From Candidatus Eiseniibacteriota bacterium (lineage in GTDB: Bacteria > Eisenbacteria > RBG-16-71-46), in assembly GCA_963776245.1 (NCBI GenBank), contig CAVZLN010000006.1, positions 224,001-288,000 of the forward strand: a DNA stretch of 64,000 nt. The letters run 5' to 3'. Under the pieces are notes generated by a model. That model saw only the letters and a program-made list of their open reading frames with translations. It was not told the DNA's origin and made no database searches. Both the position numbers and the translations under genes were made by a program. Positions 52,043 through 63,144 of the stretch are shown piece after piece (position 1 is the stretch's first letter; the number at the start of each line of letters is the position of its first letter).

Positions 52043-53125
52043 CTACGGACGCCACTCCGCCAGGAACACGTTGGTCTCCCCCGGCACCTTGCCCCCGCGG
52101 TTGGCGCAGAACACCAGCCAGCGCCCGTCGGGGCTGAACATCGGGAAGCCGTCGAAGTCGGGATCGCGCGTCACCGCCTCGGGAGCGCCACCCGCGACAT
52201 CCACCAGGTAGAGGTTGAAGTCCCGCCCGCGCGGCTGGTCCTTGTTGGACGCGTAGATCAGCCGCCGGCCATCGGGGGTGAAGTACGGCGCGAACGAGGC
52301 GCCGGGGTCGTGGGTGACCTGGCGCTTGCCGGTGCCGTCGGCCCGCATCACCCAGAGGTCCATGGCGCCGGGCTTCACCAGGTTCCGCGCCAGCAGGTCC
52401 CGGTAGCGCGCGGTCTCGGCGGAGTCCGCGGGGTGATGGGTGCGCCAGCAGATCCACTTCCCGTCGCGCGAGAAGAACGCGCCGCCGTCATAGCCCGTCT
52501 CGTGCGTGAGCTGGGTGAGCTGGCTGCCGTCGGGGTGCATCTTGAACAGGTTGATGTCCCCCTCGCGCAGCGAGGTGAAGACGATCCAATTCCCGTCGGT
52601 GGAGAGCGTGGCCTCGGCGTCGTAGTCCGGGTTGTCGGTCAGCCGTCTCAGGTCGCTCCCGTCGGGCCGGGCGGTGAAGATGTCGTACGAGGCGTAGACC
52701 GGCCAGGTGTAGCCCTGGCTCATGTCGGGCTCGGGCGGGCAGGCGTCGCCGCCGAGATGGGTCGAGGCGAACAGGATGCGCCGGTCGCGGTCGTAGAAGT
52801 AGCCGCAGGTCGTGCGCCCCTTCCCGGTGCTCACCATCGGCGTGGCGCCGGTGCGCAGGTCGTAGACGTACTGCTGGTCGCAGGTGCGACCGTCGCGTGC
52901 CGACTGGAAGATCAGACGCGTGCCGTCGGCCGACCAGTAGGCCTCGGCGTTCTGCCCGCCGAACGTGAGCTGCCACAGGTGCGCGAAGTGGCGCTCGCCC
53001 GGGCGGATGAGCGAGTCCGCCGGCACCGCGGTGGGCGGCACGGGCGGCGCGCGCCGCGGCGCGGGCGCGGCGGCGACGAGGACGAGGGCGGCCAGCGCGA
53101 GGAGTGTGCCGACACGAGACCTCAT
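52043..53125 (-). CDS. Secreted TolB-like PD40-repeat protein
   Basis: Signal peptide, QLTFGGQNAEAYWS, YDAEAT, GYDGGAFFS and FPMFSPDG. Confidence 0.88.
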   Translation of the reverse strand: MRSRVGTLLALAALVLVAAAPAPRRAPPVPPTAVPADSLIRPGERHFAHLWQLTFGGQNAEAYWSADGTRLIFQSARDGRTCDQQYVYDLRTGATPMVSTGKGRTTCGYFYDRDRRILFASTHLGGDACPPEPDMSQGYTWPVYASYDIFTARPDGSDLRRLTDNPDYDAEATLSTDGNWIVFTSLREGDINLFKMHPDGSQLTQLTHETGYDGGAFFSRDGKWICWRTHHPADSAETARYRDLLARNLVKPGAMDLWVMRADGTGKRQVTHDPGASFAPYFTPDGRRLIYASNKDQPRGRDFNLYLVDVAGGAPEAVTRDPDFDGFPMFSPDGRWLVFCANRGGKVPGETNVFLAEWRP

Positions 53126-54957
53126 GGTCTCCTTCCCAGCGTGGCGACGATCTCGACCTGCTGGCCGCCGCGCTTGATGGTGACGCGCACCTGCTGCCCG
53201 GGCTTCCGGGAGCGGAGCGCGTAGGTGTAATCGTAGAGGTTGTCGATGAGGATGCCGTCGAACTTCACCAGCACGTCGCCCTCCCGGAGCCCCGCGGCCT
53301 CGGCCGGGCTCTTGTCGCGCACCCCCGAGAGCAGCACGCCGCCCTCGCTCTGGCTGAAGTCGGGGATGGTCCCCAGATAGGCGCCGCCGTAACCGCGCCC
53401 GGCGGCCATGCGACCCGCGGCGCTGTCGGCCTCCGCCTTGCGCCACCGCGGGCGCGGTCGCGCGTCGAGCGACTCGATCAGCGCCGCCGCGAACCCCGCC
53501 ACGCGCGCGAGCCCGCGGGTAGTCCAGCTTGTCCCAGGTGTCGCTCGGCTTGTGGTAGTCGCCATGGGCGCCGGTGAAGAGCATGAGCACCGGGACCTGC
53601 CGCTTGTAGAACGACGAGTGGTCGCTCGGCCCGTAGCCATCGCTCGAGGGCTTCAACCGGAAGCCCGCCCCCGCGTTCACGCGCTCCACCAGTCCCGGGA
53701 ACTCGTCCGCGGTGCCGGTGCCCATCACCATCAGCTTGTCGTCCTTCAGGCGGCCGACCATGTCCATGTTGATCATGGCCTCGACCGTGTTCATCGGCCG
53801 GGGCGGGTCGTCGACGAAGTGCGAGGAGCCCAGCACCCCGCTCTCCTCGCCCGTGAACGACGCGAACACCAGCTCGTGCTCGGGCCGCCAGCCGTGCTTC
53901 ACCCGCAGCGCCAGCGCCCGCGCCACCTCGAGCAGCGCCGCGGTGCCCGAGGCATTGTCGTCGGCGCCCAGGTGCGGGCACGTGGCGGTTGTCGAGCGAG
54001 GACTCGCCGCCGTACCCGAGATGATCGTAGTGCGCGCCGATCACCAGGGTCCGCAGGGTGTCGCGGCCCGGCAGCCGGCCGACCACGTTGGCGATGCGCG
54101 CGCGGGTGCGCCGCAGCGTCACCGCGAGGGTCGCCGAGTCCCGGAGCGCGAACGAGCGCGGCTGGTCGTCCGTCCTCGATGGCGTTCTGAGCCGCGGCGA
54201 CCGAACTGCCCACGCCCTTCAGCAGCGCGTCCGCCACCCGCTCCGAGACCTGCACCGCCAGCAGCCCGCTGGACATGTAGCCGGTGCGCTCGGTGCGCGG
54301 CGGGCGCGGCGGCTCGCCGGCGTGGAACCGCGGACCGTTCACCACGATCAGGCCGAGCGCGCCGTGCTCGCGCGCGTTGATCGCCTTGGTGCGCAGTTCG
54401 GCGAACGGCGTGTTCACGGTGCCGTCGAAGCGGCTGGTGGAGTCGTTCTCGCCCGGCTCCTGGGTGAGCACCAGCACCAGCTTGTCGCGCACCTCGAGGC
54501 CGGCGTAGTCGTCCCATCCCAGCCCGGTCGCGGTGATGCCATAGCCGGCGAACACCACCGGCGCCGCCAGCGTGCCGTTGGTGGAGAAGCCGAGCGGCTG
54601 GAGATCGTCGCCGGGCGACACCCGCAGCCCGGCGGCGTCCACCTCGGTGGGCGCGTCCACCTCCACGCCGGTGGTGACCTCGAACGGCTGGCGCCAGGTG
54701 CCGTCGTCGCCCGCGGGCCGCAGCCCGAGCGCCCGCATGCGCCGCTCGAGATACGCCGCGGCGCTGTCGAGCCCCGCGGTGCCCACCCCGCGGCCCTCGC
54801 GCGCCGGGTCGGCGAGCCAGCGCACGGTCTCCTTCAGCACCACGCTGTCGGGCGCCGCACCCGGCCGGCGCGCGGCGTGGCCCGCGACCGGGGCGAGCAT
54901 CCCGAGCGCGAGCGCGAGCCACGCGACTCGGCGCGCGAGCGGGCGCGCATCCGCCAT
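53122..54957 (-). CDS. Secreted M28 aminopeptidase with PA and PDZ domains, with +1 frameshifts near 54174, 53978 and 53518
   Basis: EGRG, VFAGYGI (PA domain), GAHYDHLG, GADDNASG, GEESG, NMDMVG, SDH, YHKPSD and YLGTIPD (PDZ). Confidence 0.88.
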
Positions 54958-54965
54958 CGCGGCCC

Positions 54966-55790
54966 TCACGGCGTCTCCTCCCACAGCATGCGCATGCCCT
55001 TCAGCGTCAGGCCCTCGTCCACGATGTTGATGGTCTCGCACTCGGGGGCCAGCGCCTTGGCCCAGCCGCCGGTGGCGATGACGTGCGGGGTGCCCCGCAT
55101 CTCGAGCGTGAGCCGGCGCACCAGCGCGTCGATCTGTCCGGCGGCGCCCCACAGCACGCCGGCGCGCAGCGACTCCTCGGTGGTGCGGCCGAGCGCGCGC
55201 ATCGGGCGGCGCAGCTCCACGCGCGGCAGCCGGGCCGCCTTGCGGAACAGCTCCTCCGCCGAGGTGCCCACGCCGGGCGCGATGGCGCCGCCGAGATAGG
55301 CCCCCGCCTTCGAGATGCAATCGAAGGTGGTCGCGGTGCCGAGGTCCACCACGATCGCGGGCGTGCCGTAGATGGCGCGCGCGGCGATCGCGTTGGCGAT
55401 CCGGTCGGCGCCCACCGCGCTCTTGTCGTGGTAGCGGATGTCGAGCGAGGTCACGGTGGCCGCGCTGATCTCGAGCGGCGGCCGGCCGGTGCGCTGTTCG
55501 AGCGCCTGCGCCCACGCCAGCGTGAGCGAGGGCACCACCGAGCACAGCACCGCGCCGGCGTGCTGCGTCCCGTCGGCGCCGTGGCGCCGCAGCAGCAGTT
55601 CGAGCGCCACCAGCGCCTCGTCCGCGGTCATGCGCCCGCTGGTGAGCCGCCACATGCGCTCCAGCGACTCGCCGCGGAAGTGCCCGACCACGGTGTCGCT
55701 GTTGCCGATGTCCACCGCGATGACACGCGCCTCGGCGCGCCCGCGCGCGCGGCGCGGATTCGCGGCGCTCTTGTGCTGGAGATCCGGCAT
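54966..55790 (-). CDS. coaX: Type III pantothenate kinase
   Basis: DIGNSD, SVVP, GADR, DLGTATT, GGAIAPG and TGG. Confidence 0.94.
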   Translation of the reverse strand: MPDLQHKSAANPRRARGRAEARVIAVDIGNSDTVVGHFRGESLERMWRLTSGRMTADEALVALELLLRRHGADGTQHAGAVLCSVVPSLTLAWAQALEQRTGRPPLEISAATVTSLDIRYHDKSAVGADRIANAIAARAIYGTPAIVVDLGTATTFDCISKAGAYLGGAIAPGVGTSAEELFRKAARLPRVELRRPMRALGRTTEESLRAGVLWGAAGQIDALVRRLTLEMRGTPHVIATGGWAKALAPECETINIVDEGLTLKGMRMLWEETP

Positions 55791-55802
55791 CGTCGCCCCC
55801 CG

Positions 55803-56594
55803 TCACTCGGCGCCGCGCGGCGACTGCCGCCGGCGCCACACGAACCACGACAAACCGATGCTGAGGAAGTAGAGCGCGACCATCGGCACACCCATGACCA
55901 GTTGCGCCGTCACGACGTCGCCGGGCGTGATGATCGCGGTGGCGAGGAACGTGAGCACGATGGCGATGCGCCACTGCCGGACCAGGAACCGCGGGGTCAC
56001 CAGCCCGATCGCGGTGAGCGTCATGAGCACCAGCGGCAGCTGGAACACCAGCCCGCACGCCAGCGCCATGTTGTACACGAACGAGGTGAGCTCGCCGAGC
56101 CGGATCATGCCCTTCATGTTCGGCGTCATGAAGCCCGACAGCACCTGGACCACCAGCGGCACCACGTAGCCGTAGGCCGCCCACACCCCGAGCCCGAACA
56201 GGATCATCGAGGCGAACGTCATCGGCAGGATCCAGCGGCGCTCGCGCCGGAACAGCCCGGGCGCGACGAAGCGCCAGATCTGGTAGAACACGTAGGGCGC
56301 GGCGACCACCACGCCGAGGATGAGCGTGAGCTTGATCCGCTCGTTGAAGGCCTCGAGCGGCGACAGCACGACCGCCTCCTTGACGGTGCGGCGGATCACG
56401 TCCTCGAGCACCCGCGGCGCCAGCCACCACCCCGCCAGCGCGCCCACCACTGCGCCGCCGATCGAATGGAGCAGCACCCGGCGCAGCTCCTCGAGGTGCG
56501 CGAGGAACGGCATCTCGCCGCTCTGGCGCGGATCGAGCGGCGGCGCGTCGTCCGCGCGGTCGAGCGGGGGGCCGGCGTGCGGGAACTCGGTCAT
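55803..56594 (-). CDS. tatC: Twin-arginine translocase TatC
   Basis: MPFLAHLEELR, WRFVAPGL, FQLP and ITPGD. Confidence 0.95.
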   Translation of the reverse strand: MTEFPHAGPPLDRADDAPPLDPRQSGEMPFLAHLEELRRVLLHSIGGAVVGALAGWWLAPRVLEDVIRRTVKEAVVLSPLEAFNERIKLTLILGVVVAAPYVFYQIWRFVAPGLFRRERRWILPMTFASMILFGLGVWAAYGYVVPLVVQVLSGFMTPNMKGMIRLGELTSFVYNMALACGLVFQLPLVLMTLTAIGLVTPRFLVRQWRIAIVLTFLATAIITPGDVVTAQLVMGVPMVALYFLSIGLSWFVWRRRQSPRGAE

Positions 56595-57418
56595 CGCGCG
56601 CGCTCCACCGGCCACGCCACCTCGAGGTCGCCCGCCAGCACCGTGGTCTCGCGCCCGTCGGGGAGGGTGATCACGAGCGCGCCGTCGGCGTCCAGCGTGC
56701 GCGCCACGCCGTCGAGCGGACCGGCCGGGGTGCGCACCGTGACCGGGTGGCCCCAGAAGGTGGCGCGCGCGCGCCAGCGGTCCAGCGCCCGCGCGCGTGC
56801 GCCCTCCCCCGGCACGCCCCACAGCGGCTCGAGCCGCGACAGGAAGTCCGCCGCCACCTGCTCGCGCGTCAGGGTGTGCCCCTCGAGCGCCAGCGAGGTG
56901 GCGAGCCCCGCCACGCCGGGCGCGAAGTCCTCCGCGCGCTGGCTCACGTTCACCCCCACGCCCACCACGGCGGCCCCGCCCACGCGACCGTCCCCCGGCG
57001 CGAGCGGCGCGCGGCGGCTCTCGGCCAGGATGCCCGAGAGCTTGCGCTCGCCCGCCAGCAGGTCGTTGGGCCACTTCAGGCGCGTGGCCACCCCGAGCCC
57101 CTCGAGCGCCTCGGCCAGCGCCAGTCCGGCGACCAGCGGAAGCGTGCTCGCCGACCTCAGGTCGGCGCCGAGATGGAGCGCCACCGAGAGCGCCAGCCCG
57201 CGACCGGGGGCGGTGTGCCACACGCGCCCGTCGCGGCCGCGGCCGCGCGTCTGCGCGTCGGCGATCACCACCGTGCCATCGGGCGCGCCGGCGGCCAGCG
57301 CCTCCCACGCCACGTCGTTGGTGGACTCCACCGCGTCGCGCGTGATGAGCGAGCGCCCCAGGCGCCGGGTCGTGAGCCGCGCCGTGAACGCCGCGCGGTC
57401 GAAGGTCGGGTCAGCCAA
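56591..57418 (-). CDS. birA: Biotin protein ligase without an N-terminal HTH
   Basis: STND, QTRGRGRDGRVW, KWPND and KLSGIL. Confidence 0.93.
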   Translation of the reverse strand: MADPTFDRAAFTARLTTRRLGRSLITRDAVESTNDVAWEALAAGAPDGTVVIADAQTRGRGRDGRVWHTAPGRGLALSVALHLGADLRSASTLPLVAGLALAEALEGLGVATRLKWPNDLLAGERKLSGILAESRRAPLAPGDGRVGGAAVVGVGVNVSQRAEDFAPGVAGLATSLALEGHTLTREQVAADFLSRLEPLWGVPGEGARARALDRWRARATFWGHPVTVRTPAGPLDGVARTLDADGALVITLPDGRETTVLAGDLEVAWPVERAR

Positions 57419-58304
57419 TCTCCTCGATCTCCAGGCTGAGGTCGAGCGCGGGCGCCGAGTGCGTGAGCGCGCCGACCGATAGGTAGTCCACGCCGGTCTC
57501 GGCGTAGGTGCGGGCGGATTCCAGGTGGATGCCTCCCGAGGCCTCGATCTGCGGCCACCGCCGCGCGCCGGGGAGCATCCGCGAGCTGTCGGGCGGATGC
57601 GCCTGGCACCAGCGGTCCACTTCCTCGACGGCGCGCCGCAACTCGGCGGGCGGCCGGTTGTCGACCAGGATGCGGTCCACCTCCGGACGCAGCGCCTCGC
57701 GCAACTGGTCGAGCGACTCGACCTCGACCTCGAGCAGCAGGTCGCCCTGACGGGTGCGCAGGATGCGCTCGAGCGCCGGGGTGATGCCGCCCGCGGCGCG
57801 GATATGGTTGTCCTTGAGCAGGTACATGTCCCACAGCGCCAGCCGGTGGTTCTCGCCGCCTCCGCAGCGGACCGCGTACTTCTCGAGGAATCGCAGTCCG
57901 GGGGTGGTCTTGCGGGTGTCGAGGATGGTGGCGCCGGTGCCGCGGATGGCCTCGACGTAGCGGCGCGTGAGCGAGGCCACCCCGCTCAGGTGCTGCAGGA
58001 AGTTGAGCGCGGTGCGCTCGCCCTTGAGGATGCCGCCGACGTCGCCGGTGATCTGCGCCACCGCGACGCCCGGCGCGAGCGTGTCGCCGTCGGCGGCGAG
58101 GGAGCGGAACTTGAGCGTCGGTGAGGCCTCGCGGAACGTCAGGCGCGCCACGTCGAGCCCGGCGAGCACGCCCGCCTCCTTGGCGACGATCACGGCCCGC
58201 GCGTTCACGCCCGACTTCACGGCGTTGAGCGTGGTGATGTCGCCGGTGCCGATGTCCTCCGAGAGCGCGTATCGTACGATGGGCAGCGCGACGGTCTCGA
58301 GCAT
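57411..58304 (-). CDS. nadC: Quinolinate phosphoribosyltransferase
   Basis: EDIG.GDITT, TRKTTPG, KDNH, EVEV, EASGG and GALTHS. Confidence 0.96.
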   Translation of the reverse strand: MLETVALPIVRYALSEDIGTGDITTLNAVKSGVNARAVIVAKEAGVLAGLDVARLTFREASPTLKFRSLAADGDTLAPGVAVAQITGDVGGILKGERTALNFLQHLSGVASLTRRYVEAIRGTGATILDTRKTTPGLRFLEKYAVRCGGGENHRLALWDMYLLKDNHIRAAGGITPALERILRTRQGDLLLEVEVESLDQLREALRPEVDRILVDNRPPAELRRAVEEVDRWCQAHPPDSSRMLPGARRWPQIEASGGIHLESARTYAETGVDYLSVGALTHSAPALDLSLEIEEIG

Positions 58305-58306
58305 GG

Positions 58307-60410
58307 TCAGCGATCCGGTCCGAAGCGTCGTGCGATGCGCCGCGGCTCGTCCGCGGGACGTCCGCCGCGGCTGCCGCGGCCGGTGGGGCGCCGTGCGGCC
58401 CCGGTGACGCCCAGCGACGCCGCGCCCGCGAGCGTCGCGCGGATCTCGTCGGCCCGGTCGCGCAGCGAGGCGGCGCGCTCGAACTCGAGCCGCTTGGCCG
58501 CCGCGAGCATCTCCTCCTCGAGCCGGGCGATCAGCACCTGCGCGTCTTCGGCCTCGGCCGCGCCCACCAGCGCCTGCACGTCGTCGCCCGCGCTCGCTCC
58601 GATCGCGTCCGCCACCGAGGTGGAGCGCATCACGTCCTCGACGCTCTTCACCACCGAGCGCGGCGTGATGCCGTGCTCGGCGTTGTACGCCAGCTGCTTC
58701 GCGCGCCGGCGCCCGGTCTCGTCGATCGCGCGGCGCATCGAGTCGGTGACGGCGTCGGCGTAGAGGATGACGTGGCCGTTCAGATGGCGCGCGGCGCGGC
58801 CCGCGGTCTGGATCAGCGAGCGCTCGCTGCGCAGGAAGCCCTCCTTGTCGGCGTCGAGGATCGCCACCAGCGAGACCTCGGGAAGGTCGAGACCCTCGCG
58901 CAGCAGGTTGATGCCCACCAGCACGTCGAACTCCTCGAGCCGCAGGCCGCGCAGGATCTCCACGCGTTCGAGCGCGTCGATGTCGCTGTGCAGGTAGCGC
59001 ACGCGCACCCCCGCCTCGTGCAGGTAGTCGGTGAGGTCCTCGGCCATGCGCTTGGTGAGGGTGGTGACCAGCACGCGCTCGTGGGCCGCGACGCGCAGCC
59101 GGATCTCGCCCAGCAGGTCGTCCACCTGGCCCGGCGACCGGGCGCACGTCGAGCTCCGGGTCCACCAGCCCGGTGGGCCGGATGATCTGCTCCACCACCA
59201 CGCCCCGGGTCTGCCGCAGCTCGAGGTCGGCGGGCGTCGCCGAGACGAAGATCATGGACTTCGCCAGCGCCTCGAACTCGTCGAAGCGCAGCGGGCGGTT
59301 GTCGAGCGCCGAGGGCAGGCGGAAGCCGAAATCCACCAGCGTCTGCTTGCGCGAACGGTCGCCCTCGTACATCCCGCCGATCTGCGGCAGGGTGACATGG
59401 GACTCGTCGATGATCACCAGGAAGTCGTCCGCGAAGTAGTCGAGCAGGCAGCCCGGACGCTCGCCCGGCGCGCGGCCCGAGAGGTGGCGCGAGTAGTTCT
59501 CGACCCCCTGGCAGGTGCCGGTCGCGGCGAGCATCTCGAGATCGTACTCGGTGCGCTGCTGGAGCCGCTGCGCCTCGAGCAGCTGGCCCGCGGCACGGAA
59601 GCGCGCGAGCTGTTCGCGCAGCTCCGCGCGGATGCCGTCGAGCGCGGCGTGGATGCGCGGCTCGGGCGTGACGAAATGCTTGGCCGGGTAGAGCGCGAGG
59701 CGCTCCATGCGGCGCTTCGCCTGCCCGGTCACCGGGTCCACGGCGGACAGCCGCGACACCACCTCGTCCTCCAGCTCGATGCGCACGATCACGTCGTCGT
59801 AGGCGGGGTGCACCTCGACCACGTCGCCCCGCACCCGGAAGCATCCGCGCCCGACCTCGATGTCGTTGCGCTGGTACTGGATCGCGACCAGGCGCTCGAG
59901 CAGGTCCTTGCGGCGCATCGGCTCGCCGGTGGCGAGATCCACGCGCAGGTGCTTCCAGTCCGCGGGGGTGCCGAGGCCGTAGATGCACGACACGCTCGCC
60001 ACCACCACCGCCTGGTCCTGCTCGAGCAGCATCGAGGTCGCCTGCAGGCGCAGCCGGTCGATGTCGTCGTTGATGCTGGCGTCCTTGGCGATGTAGGTGT
60101 TGGTCGCCGGGACGTAGGCCTCGGGCTGGTAGTAGTCGTAGTACGAGATGAAGTAGCCCACCGCGTTCTCGGGGAAGAACTGCTTGAACTCCCCGTAGAG
60201 CTGCGCCGCCAGCGTCTTGTTGTGCGAGATCACCAGCGCCGGGCGTCCCCACTGGGCGATCACGTTGGCGATGGTGAACGTCTTGCCCGACCCGGTGACC
60301 CCGAGCAGGACCTGGCGCCGCTCGCCACGACGCAGGCCGTCGGCCAGCGCGGCGATGGCCTCGGGCTGGTCGCCGCGCGGCGGGTATGGGGCACGGAGGG
60401 TGTACGCCAT
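58307..60410 (-). CDS. uvrB: Excinuclease ABC subunit B, with one +1 frameshift near 59130
   Basis: [42 protein letters not shown] and a C-terminal UVR domain, split across two frames. Confidence 0.96.
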
Positions 60411-60466
60411 GGGCCGCCGATGCTACCCGAGGCGCGCCGGGCGGTCGAGGGCGGGCTGGGCCACGG

Positions 60467-61828
60467 CTACCAGCGCACGCGCACCGTGTAGGCGAGCGTC
60501 ACCTGCTGACCGGCCGCGACCGGGACCTCGAAGCGCACGGTGTTGGCGTCCTTGCGGGTCCACGCCAGGCTGCTCTTGAGGATCTCCCAGTCGCCCGGGA
60601 CGTTCTCCTCGACCGCGATGACGACGTTCGTCTTCTTGCGGTCGCGCAGCGTGATCTCCACGCTCTGCTCGCGCTCGCGGTCGGAGATGCGACGGTCCTC
60701 GAGCGGCCTGCGTTCGGCCACCAGGTCGAACGCTCGACCCACCTCGAGCGTGAGGGTCTCGCCCTCGGCGGTGTGCCCGATCGTGGTCTCGCCGGCGAAC
60801 TGGAGCGCGCCCGCGGCGTCCGCCTCGTAGGTGCGCACGCGCCCGGCGGGCAGCGGCACCCCGAGCCCGGCGTCCTTCGCGTTCTTCAGCACCAGCTGGA
60901 TGCGCACCCCCTGCCCGTCGCCGCCGCGGAACAGGTAGCGCGGAGTCACCTTCACCTCACGGGGCTCGAGCATCACCAGACTCTGGGTCTCGCGGTCGCG
61001 CAGCGTCGCGGGCTCGGGCAGGGCGTAGAGGTGGTACTCGGAGAAGTCCTGCTCCTGGAGCAGGCGCTTCTCCATGGGTGCCACGCCATCGGCCGCCATC
61101 AGCATCGCCGCGCGCGGCACCGGCGACGGCGACGGCGGCTCGCGCCGCGGGTCGCCCGCCACCAGCTTGAGATCCGCCCCCACGAAGTCGCGGCCGGTGG
61201 TGTTCTCCACCTGCACCGTGGCCGACCAGGTCCCGACCGACTCGCCGCGGCGCACCAGCACGTGCTCGGCGCTCCACGACAGACCGCCGGTGAGGTAGGA
61301 CAACTCGGCGGTCGCGCGCCCGCGCCGGCCGCCCTCGAGCACCGCCTCGACCGCGGGCCGCAGCGCCGGCGCGGCGGACGGCGTGACCAGGCGCACCACC
61401 TCGACCGCGGCGCGCGCCAGCGTGGAGATCGCGCCGTCGTCGCCGCGCACCACCAGCCAGCTCCCGTCGGCCGCGACCAGCACGCCCTCGGTGACGCGGT
61501 CGCCGCGCCCCGTCACTCGCACCCGCGCGCCGCGCGCGCGCTCGATCAGGCCGTCGCCGCTCGCCACGTCGAAGCGCCAGGCGAGCCGCGCCACCCGCGC
61601 GCCACCTTCGGGAGCCACGCGCAGCGACGTGAAGTCGAGGCGCTCGGCGACGTCCTCGAAGCGCACCGTGTCGCGCGCGCCGGTGAGCTCGAAGGCGCGG
61701 GTCTCGCGCACCAGCGCGAGGTCGCGCGAGTACACGGTGACGGCCGGGCCCGCCGCGGCGGTGGCGGCGGACAGCGACAGGGCCACCGCGAGCGCGGCGC
61801 GGCCCGGGGAGACGGCTCGGGATCCCAT
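60467..61828 (-). CDS. DUF4139-domain exported protein
   Basis: Signal peptide, VTVYS..LALVRE, LSYLTGGLSW, YHLY and LGVPLPAGRVR. GGAGG SD. Confidence 0.85.
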   Translation of the reverse strand: MGSRAVSPGRAALAVALSLSAATAAAGPAVTVYSRDLALVRETRAFELTGARDTVRFEDVAERLDFTSLRVAPEGGARVARLAWRFDVASGDGLIERARGARVRVTGRGDRVTEGVLVAADGSWLVVRGDDGAISTLARAAVEVVRLVTPSAAPALRPAVEAVLEGGRRGRATAELSYLTGGLSWSAEHVLVRRGESVGTWSATVQVENTTGRDFVGADLKLVAGDPRREPPSPSPVPRAAMLMAADGVAPMEKRLLQEQDFSEYHLYALPEPATLRDRETQSLVMLEPREVKVTPRYLFRGGDGQGVRIQLVLKNAKDAGLGVPLPAGRVRTYEADAAGALQFAGETTIGHTAEGETLTLEVGRAFDLVAERRPLEDRRISDREREQSVEITLRDRKKTNVVIAVEENVPGDWEILKSSLAWTRKDANTVRFEVPVAAGQQVTLAYTVRVRW

Positions 61829-61908
61829 GGCATCCTCCTGCTGGGTGGGAAAACGTCGGCATCCTACCCTACGCCGCGGGCGCGGGAATCTTCCCGGCGC
61901 GACCCGGC

Positions 61909-62794
61909 TCAGGGGGCGAGCCGCTCACGGAAGGTGCGCGGCTCGAAGCGCGCGACGATGGCGCGCAGGCTGTCCTCGAGCAACGCGAGCTTGGCGGCGA
62001 GCGGCCGGTCCATGCCCGGATGCTTCGCCAGCCGCGGGTCGACGCGGTCCTCGGTCAGCCCCAGGGCGTCCACCGCGTGGAGCGGGTACGAGAGCGGCTG
62101 GCCGTGCGCGGCCAGCGCGTCGAGCGCCGCGGTGAAGCGCTTCTCGGGCAGCACGTAGCGCAGGCGTGTGGTAGACCGGCATGCGCAGCAGACCGTGCAC
62201 CGAGAGCGGGAACTCCTCGAGCACGTCCGCGCCGATGCCGACCCGGTGCGGCAGGCGCTCGAGGTCGAACGGCCACAGCCTCAACCGCAGCACGCCGCGC
62301 GGGTCGCCGCTCTTGGAGGCGAGCAGCAGGCGCGCGGCGGCGAGCAGCGGCGTCGGGTAGCCGGACGCGTCGTACCGGTAGCCGGCCCGGGCGAGCGCCG
62401 CCAGCGTGCGGACGTCCATGTCGAAGTTGGGGGCGCGGAACCCCACCACCTCGCCCCCACACGCCGCCGCGAGCGTGGCACGCGAGCCCGCGGTCTCGCG
62501 CTCCAGCGCGTCGGGGCCCAGGCGCGTGATCGCCAGCGGATGGGTGGCGGAGTGGCTCGCGACCTCGTGCCCCTCCGCCACCATCGATCGCAGCGCGTCC
62601 GCGTGCGCGACCCCGTCGCGCCCCACCACGAACAGCGTCGCGCGCACGCCGGTGCGGGCGAACAGCTCGTGCAATCGCGGCAGCGCGGTGGTGTACGCGA
62701 GCGGGTCGGGCTCCAGCCCGCGCCAGCCGTAGCCGTCGAGATGCAGATCGACCGGATCGACGTCCACGCTCACGGTCACGACGGGGCGGGTCAT
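61909..62794 (-). CDS. Polysaccharide deacetylase (NodB/CE4) family, with a +1 frameshift near 62165
   Basis: SVDVD, ATLFVVG, HEVASHSATH, GFRAP, YDAS and YPLHAVD. Confidence 0.85.
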
Positions 62795-63144
62795 GCGGGG
62801 CCCTCGAGGGTCATGGCGGCGCCCCTGCGGGCACGGCCGGCGCGCAGCATACGGAGGGGCTGGCGCGCGGGCAATGCGGACCGCGCCCGCCGCGGCCTCG
62901 AGCGGCCGTGCGGAGGCGGCCGCGCGGGCGACTTCCGGGTTGCCTCCCCGGCCCCCGCCGCGTACCCTGCGACCCTTCATCGACGGTCAGATGGCCCCGA
63001 CCCCGGGCCTTCGCCACCTTCAGCCTGCCCGCCCGCGCGCCGATAACGTATGCGATCGGGAGCGTCACGCCCGGGGACGCGGGCCGAGGCGTGAGACGCC
63101 GGCCCAGGAGCATCCGCATACCTGGTTCTCGGCAGGAAGGTGGC

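Noticed and set aside
52043..53926. 627-aa apparent M28-TolB fusion ORF
   Set aside because: Caused by the indel near 53518. The PDZ C-terminus ends at 53122, and the TolB-like gene has its own ATG and signal peptide.
57411..60410. 999-aa apparent UvrB-NadC fusion ORF
   Set aside because: Artefact of the +1 indel near 59130. The real UvrB C-terminus is in another frame (stop at 58307), and nadC has its own ATG at 58304.
30990..62170. Programmed ribosomal frameshifting in the broken genes
   Set aside because: No shared slippery sequence, several indels per gene, and these families are not known to use recoding.
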